In this document: positions 62,842 to 64,000 of the stretch, piece by piece
Position numbering within the stretch: the first letter of the stretch is position 1
Layout of the letters: each line of letters starts with the position of its first letter
Assembly (NCBI RefSeq): GCF_006345805.1
Contig: NC_043003.1
Coordinates: 79,174,001 to 79,238,000, forward strand
Source of the DNA: Octopus sinensis
Taxonomy: Eukaryota
Reading direction: 5' to 3'
DNA length: 64,000 nucleotides
Program-made: the position numbers and the translations under genes
Notes under the pieces: model-generated
What the model saw: the letters and a program-made list of their open reading frames with translations, nothing else
Database searches by the model: none
What the model was told of the DNA's origin: nothing

Positions 62842-64000
62842 CAGTTGCGGCCAAAATGTTCAGAATGGCATTGTTTTCGTCAGAAAAGTAAGTATAAGTT
62901 TTTATTAAAGTAGTTTTATATTCTATAATTTTCACAGACAATAAATACAATATTAATTGTTATTGTCTGAGATTTTGGTGTAATTTGAGAGGAAAATTCA
63001 AAAGTTATGGATGATTTAGGGATTTTCTGCAAAACCCATGGTGACCAAAATGATCAGAACGATTGAAAAAATAACAAAATAATCAAAAATGACAGAGAAT
63101 ACTGGAATTATTTAATATTTAGTGTGAAGCCCTTTAGCTTCAATCACACTCTGACATCTTCGACTGCATGAGGAAATTAAATTTTCAATTTCTTGCTGGG
63201 TGATCTTATTCCATTCTTCCTGAAGGGCATTCGATAATTGCTCCGTTGTTTTAGGATTTCTGGCTTTCGAACGTTCTCCTAGAATATTCCATACATTTTC
63301 AATAGGATTGAGATCTGGGCTTTGAGTAGGCCAATCCATAACAATAACCTTCTCAGCCTTGAGGAAGTTCATGACCACTTTAGCCTTGTGACATGGGGCA
63401 TTGTCCTGCATGAATATGGGTGGTCGCTTAGTTGAATTTCTCAGCACAGGCAAGATATGATCTTTTACAAATTGTTTATAAACTCCTGCATTTACCTTTC
63501 CATGTAATCGCACCAAAGGGCCCACACCATCTCCAGATATCATCCCCCAAACCATGACACTTCCTCCATCGAATTTAACACTAGTCTTAAGGCATTTAGG
63601 CGACAATTTTTCACCTACTTTTCTATGAACGTACCTTTTCCCATCTGAGCCAAATAACATAAACTTAGATTCATCACTGAAATGCACCATTTGCCATTTT
63701 GCTTGAGACCACAACACATGTTCGGTTGCAAAGGTAAGACAACACTTTTTATTCTTGGAGCTGATCAGTGGCTTCACTGCAGGTGCTCTTGCTTGTAGGT
63801 CATGTTCAACTAAACGACGAGACACAGTTTTTCGAGATAAAGTTTTCTTCAATACAATGCTCAATTTCCGAGAAACAGTAGCAGCAGTTTTAAATCTGTC
63901 CTTTTTAACCAACTTTACCATAGCATGATCTTCTCTCTTGGTCGTTTTTCTTGGCCTACCTGTAAACTTTCTTGCTTCACACGAACCACAATCATCGTAG
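62842..64000 (-). mobile_element. Tc1 (DD34E) transposon, running off the window
   Basis: TA|CAGTTGCGGCCAAAATGTTCAGAAT terminus at 62842; transposase ORF on the minus strand. Confidence 0.92.
63112..64000 (-). CDS. Tc1 DD34E transposase (5' end outside the window)
   Basis: GRPRKTT, FSDESKF, VMVWG, QDNAPCH-(34 aa from D)-SPDLNPIE, ...GLHTKY*; frame open from the window edge to the stop. Confidence 0.9.
   Translation of the reverse strand, partial: YDDCGSCEARKFTGRPRKTTKREDHAMVKLVKKDRFKTAATVSRKLSIVLKKTLSRKTVSRRLVEHDLQARAPAVKPLISSKNKKCCLTFATEHVLWSQAKWQMVHFSDESKFMLFGSDGKRYVHRKVGEKLSPKCLKTSVKFDGGSVMVWGMISGDGVGPLVRLHGKVNAGVYKQFVKDHILPVLRNSTKRPPIFMQDNAPCHKAKVVMNFLKAEKVIVMDWPTQSPDLNPIENVWNILGERSKARNPKTTEQLSNALQEEWNKITQQEIENLISSCSRRCQSVIEAKGLHTKY

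Noticed and set aside
60850-62913. Long Y/I/M/C-rich ORFs up to 462 aa
   Set aside because: Translations of AT minisatellite that lacks stop codons.
58066-64000. Expected LPMO exon 3 (phase 1, GNxWG...QExF..CxD-like)
   Set aside because: No such segment was found by eye; it is presumably downstream of the window.

Overview
Eukaryotic, AT-rich, microsatellite-dense genomic DNA. The SINE/LINE make-up suggests a coleoid cephalopod, probably Octopus; this is inference and was not verified by a search. One host gene is supported: a secreted copper-dependent lytic polysaccharide monooxygenase of the animal AA15 type on the + strand. Coding exon 1 (7588-7785) has a 31-aa signal peptide and then the His1 'HGRL' N-terminus. 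It splices in phase 0 across a 49,904-bp intron to exon 2 (57690-58065), which carries the second brace His in 'TANH'. The 3' exon(s) were not found in the window. Nearly everything else is transposon-derived: three tRNA-headed SINE families, a near-complete RTE LINE with a PHD finger inside the RT region plus many RTE tails, restriction-like-endonuclease LINE relics (R4/Dong-like and CRE-like), twin DD37D maT elements, mariner relics, a Tc1 with an open transposase ORF, and Helitron pieces. There are also Penelope-like pLTR segments carrying hammerhead-ribozyme motifs, one with an intact core, and at least eight long intronic hairpins. Most ORFs in the supplied track are microsatellite or SINE artefacts. 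Repeat boundaries are read by eye and approximate unless TIRs or TSDs are quoted.
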